A stretch of 64,000 bases of DNA from NCBI GenBank assembly GCA_963693365.1, contig CAVNZM010000004.1, positions 6,574,564 to 6,638,563 on the forward strand, in the 5' to 3' direction. The notes beneath the pieces were generated by a model. The model saw only the letters and a list, made by a program, of their open reading frames with translations. It was not told where the DNA came from and ran no database searches. This document shows, piece by piece, positions 62,211 through 64,000 of the stretch (its first letter is position 1; each line of letters opens with the position of its first letter). Made by a program: the position numbers and the translations under genes. The stretch is from Amoebidium appalachense. Its lineage: Eukaryota; Protista; Ichthyosporea.

Positions 62211-62811
62211 ACTGGCAGCTTTTTTTCTGCTGTAGTGTAACCGTCAATCAGATCCGAAGCCACCTGCCTAATTCGGAGCCTTTGATATGCTTTGTCAGAA
62301 TGTCTGTTTGGTAACCTTGGATTCGAATGTGGGGCATATCATCCGTGAACACCACATCATGTACATGTTGCTGTTATAGCTATCAACACCATATGCATGC
62401 ATATATGGCCAGACCTGACCTATTGAGATTGACACGTGCCCCGCATGTACATGTGTGAGAACTTCAAAAAAATTAAATCCACTGATCATAACAAGAAAAA
62501 AAAAAACTAGTAGTATCCAAATACAAACAGAAAGGAGAAGGGAGATGAAAGAATTGGGGGATTTCTTCGTCATTATTAGGTACCTATAGGAGAAACTGGG
62601 TGGCCGGCATCCAAATATGAATATGTAGAAAGAGGAATCGGGGGAGGGGGGGGAGGGGGGGGAGGGGGGGGGGGGGGGGAGGGGAAGGGGGGGGGGGGGG
62701 GGGTCCACGGGAGCACCGGCATCACTCCATCACTTGAACATGTATGTGCAAGGGCAGCAGACACGTGTGCACACAAGATTCTGACCTGACACACATACAC
62801 ACACGCACCGT

Positions 62812-62934
<123 letters not shown>

Positions 62935-62981
62935 TACACAAACACTGTGACACACACACGCGCGCGCACACGTACACACAC

Positions 62982-63032
<51 letters not shown>

Positions 63033-63131
63033 GGACGCCGCACACACACACAAACCATCCCACATGCCATCTTACACACGCAACCATCCATCCCCCGACC
63101 CCCACACACACACACCAACACACACACCACA

Positions 63132-63238
<107 letters not shown>

Positions 63239-63412
63239 TAGGAGCCACACCATTAACTTTCGATTATTTATTTTGACCTTCACCGGTGGATGTAGAAGCA
63301 GACATGTACGCACACACGCACACATATTCACACACACACACACACACACACACGCGCGCGCGCGCGGACACACAGACAGACAGACACACACACATACACA
63401 CACACACGCGCG

Positions 63413-63445
<33 letters not shown>

Positions 63446-63454
63446 CCACACCCA

Positions 63455-63491
<37 letters not shown>

Positions 63492-64000
63492 CCAATGGTA
63501 GCACGTCTTGACAGAGCTCCATTAGGAGGAAACTTGACTAGAGTCGTTTAAATTTTATGTAGCTCTGTTCCAATCGAACTCAAATGCCAAACTTTCACAA
63601 ATCCTATCCATTCAAATCGGCGCCGTTACACAGAAATAACTTTCCTATTTTTTTCAGTTGTTTTATAAAGACTTTTTGTTTTTTTTGCACGCCAAAACTT
63701 CCCGCCCAAATTTCTATATTTGGCTAATCGGTGCGATCGCTTGCAAATCATTAGTCCATACAATCATATTTTGAGATTGCAATATTCCTACTTTTTTACT
63801 TGTTTGATAAATCGCAGTCTGTAATAAGGACTCCATGGCCACACAACTTTCATTATCCCCCCCCCCTCCCCCCCCCCCCCCCCACCCCACCCCACCCCGC
63901 GGCCCACCCACCCACCCACCACCACCACCACCACCATCTCAACCCCCTCCCCCCCCCCCCCCCCCCCCCCCCCCCTTCCTCTCCTTCCCCCTTCCCCCCC

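Overview
Eukaryotic nuclear DNA with spliceosomal GT-AG introns and the standard genetic code. Introns and intergenic DNA are saturated with poly-C/poly-G, poly-A/T, (CA/TG)n and (GA/TC)n tracts, which produce most of the spurious ORFs in the track. Gene content suggests a unicellular opisthokont such as an ichthyosporean (inference only). Genes spliced by hand: a 5'-truncated OTU + CXC + Myb-like + Zn-ribbon protein; a DZF-domain (NF45/NF90/ZFR-fold) protein with an OAS-like GS...DxD motif; a coiled-coil gene with a long decayed tail; a securin-like gene with a CDE/CHR-type promoter; a second coiled-coil gene; a quinone oxidoreductase; TMEM258/OST5 head-to-head with a NUDT15-like Nudix hydrolase; a Ser/Thr kinase without a Gly-rich loop; and an intronless sugar porter. 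Structural highlights: a 465-bp TTAA-flanked palindromic element; about 1-kb inverted repeats enclosing two headless, divergent subtilisin 3' fragments; a degenerate tandem array of a 5' splice site; and a recurrent (GU)n...(AC)n/CACAG intron architecture without polypyrimidine tracts. No rRNA, tRNA or CRISPR array was seen.
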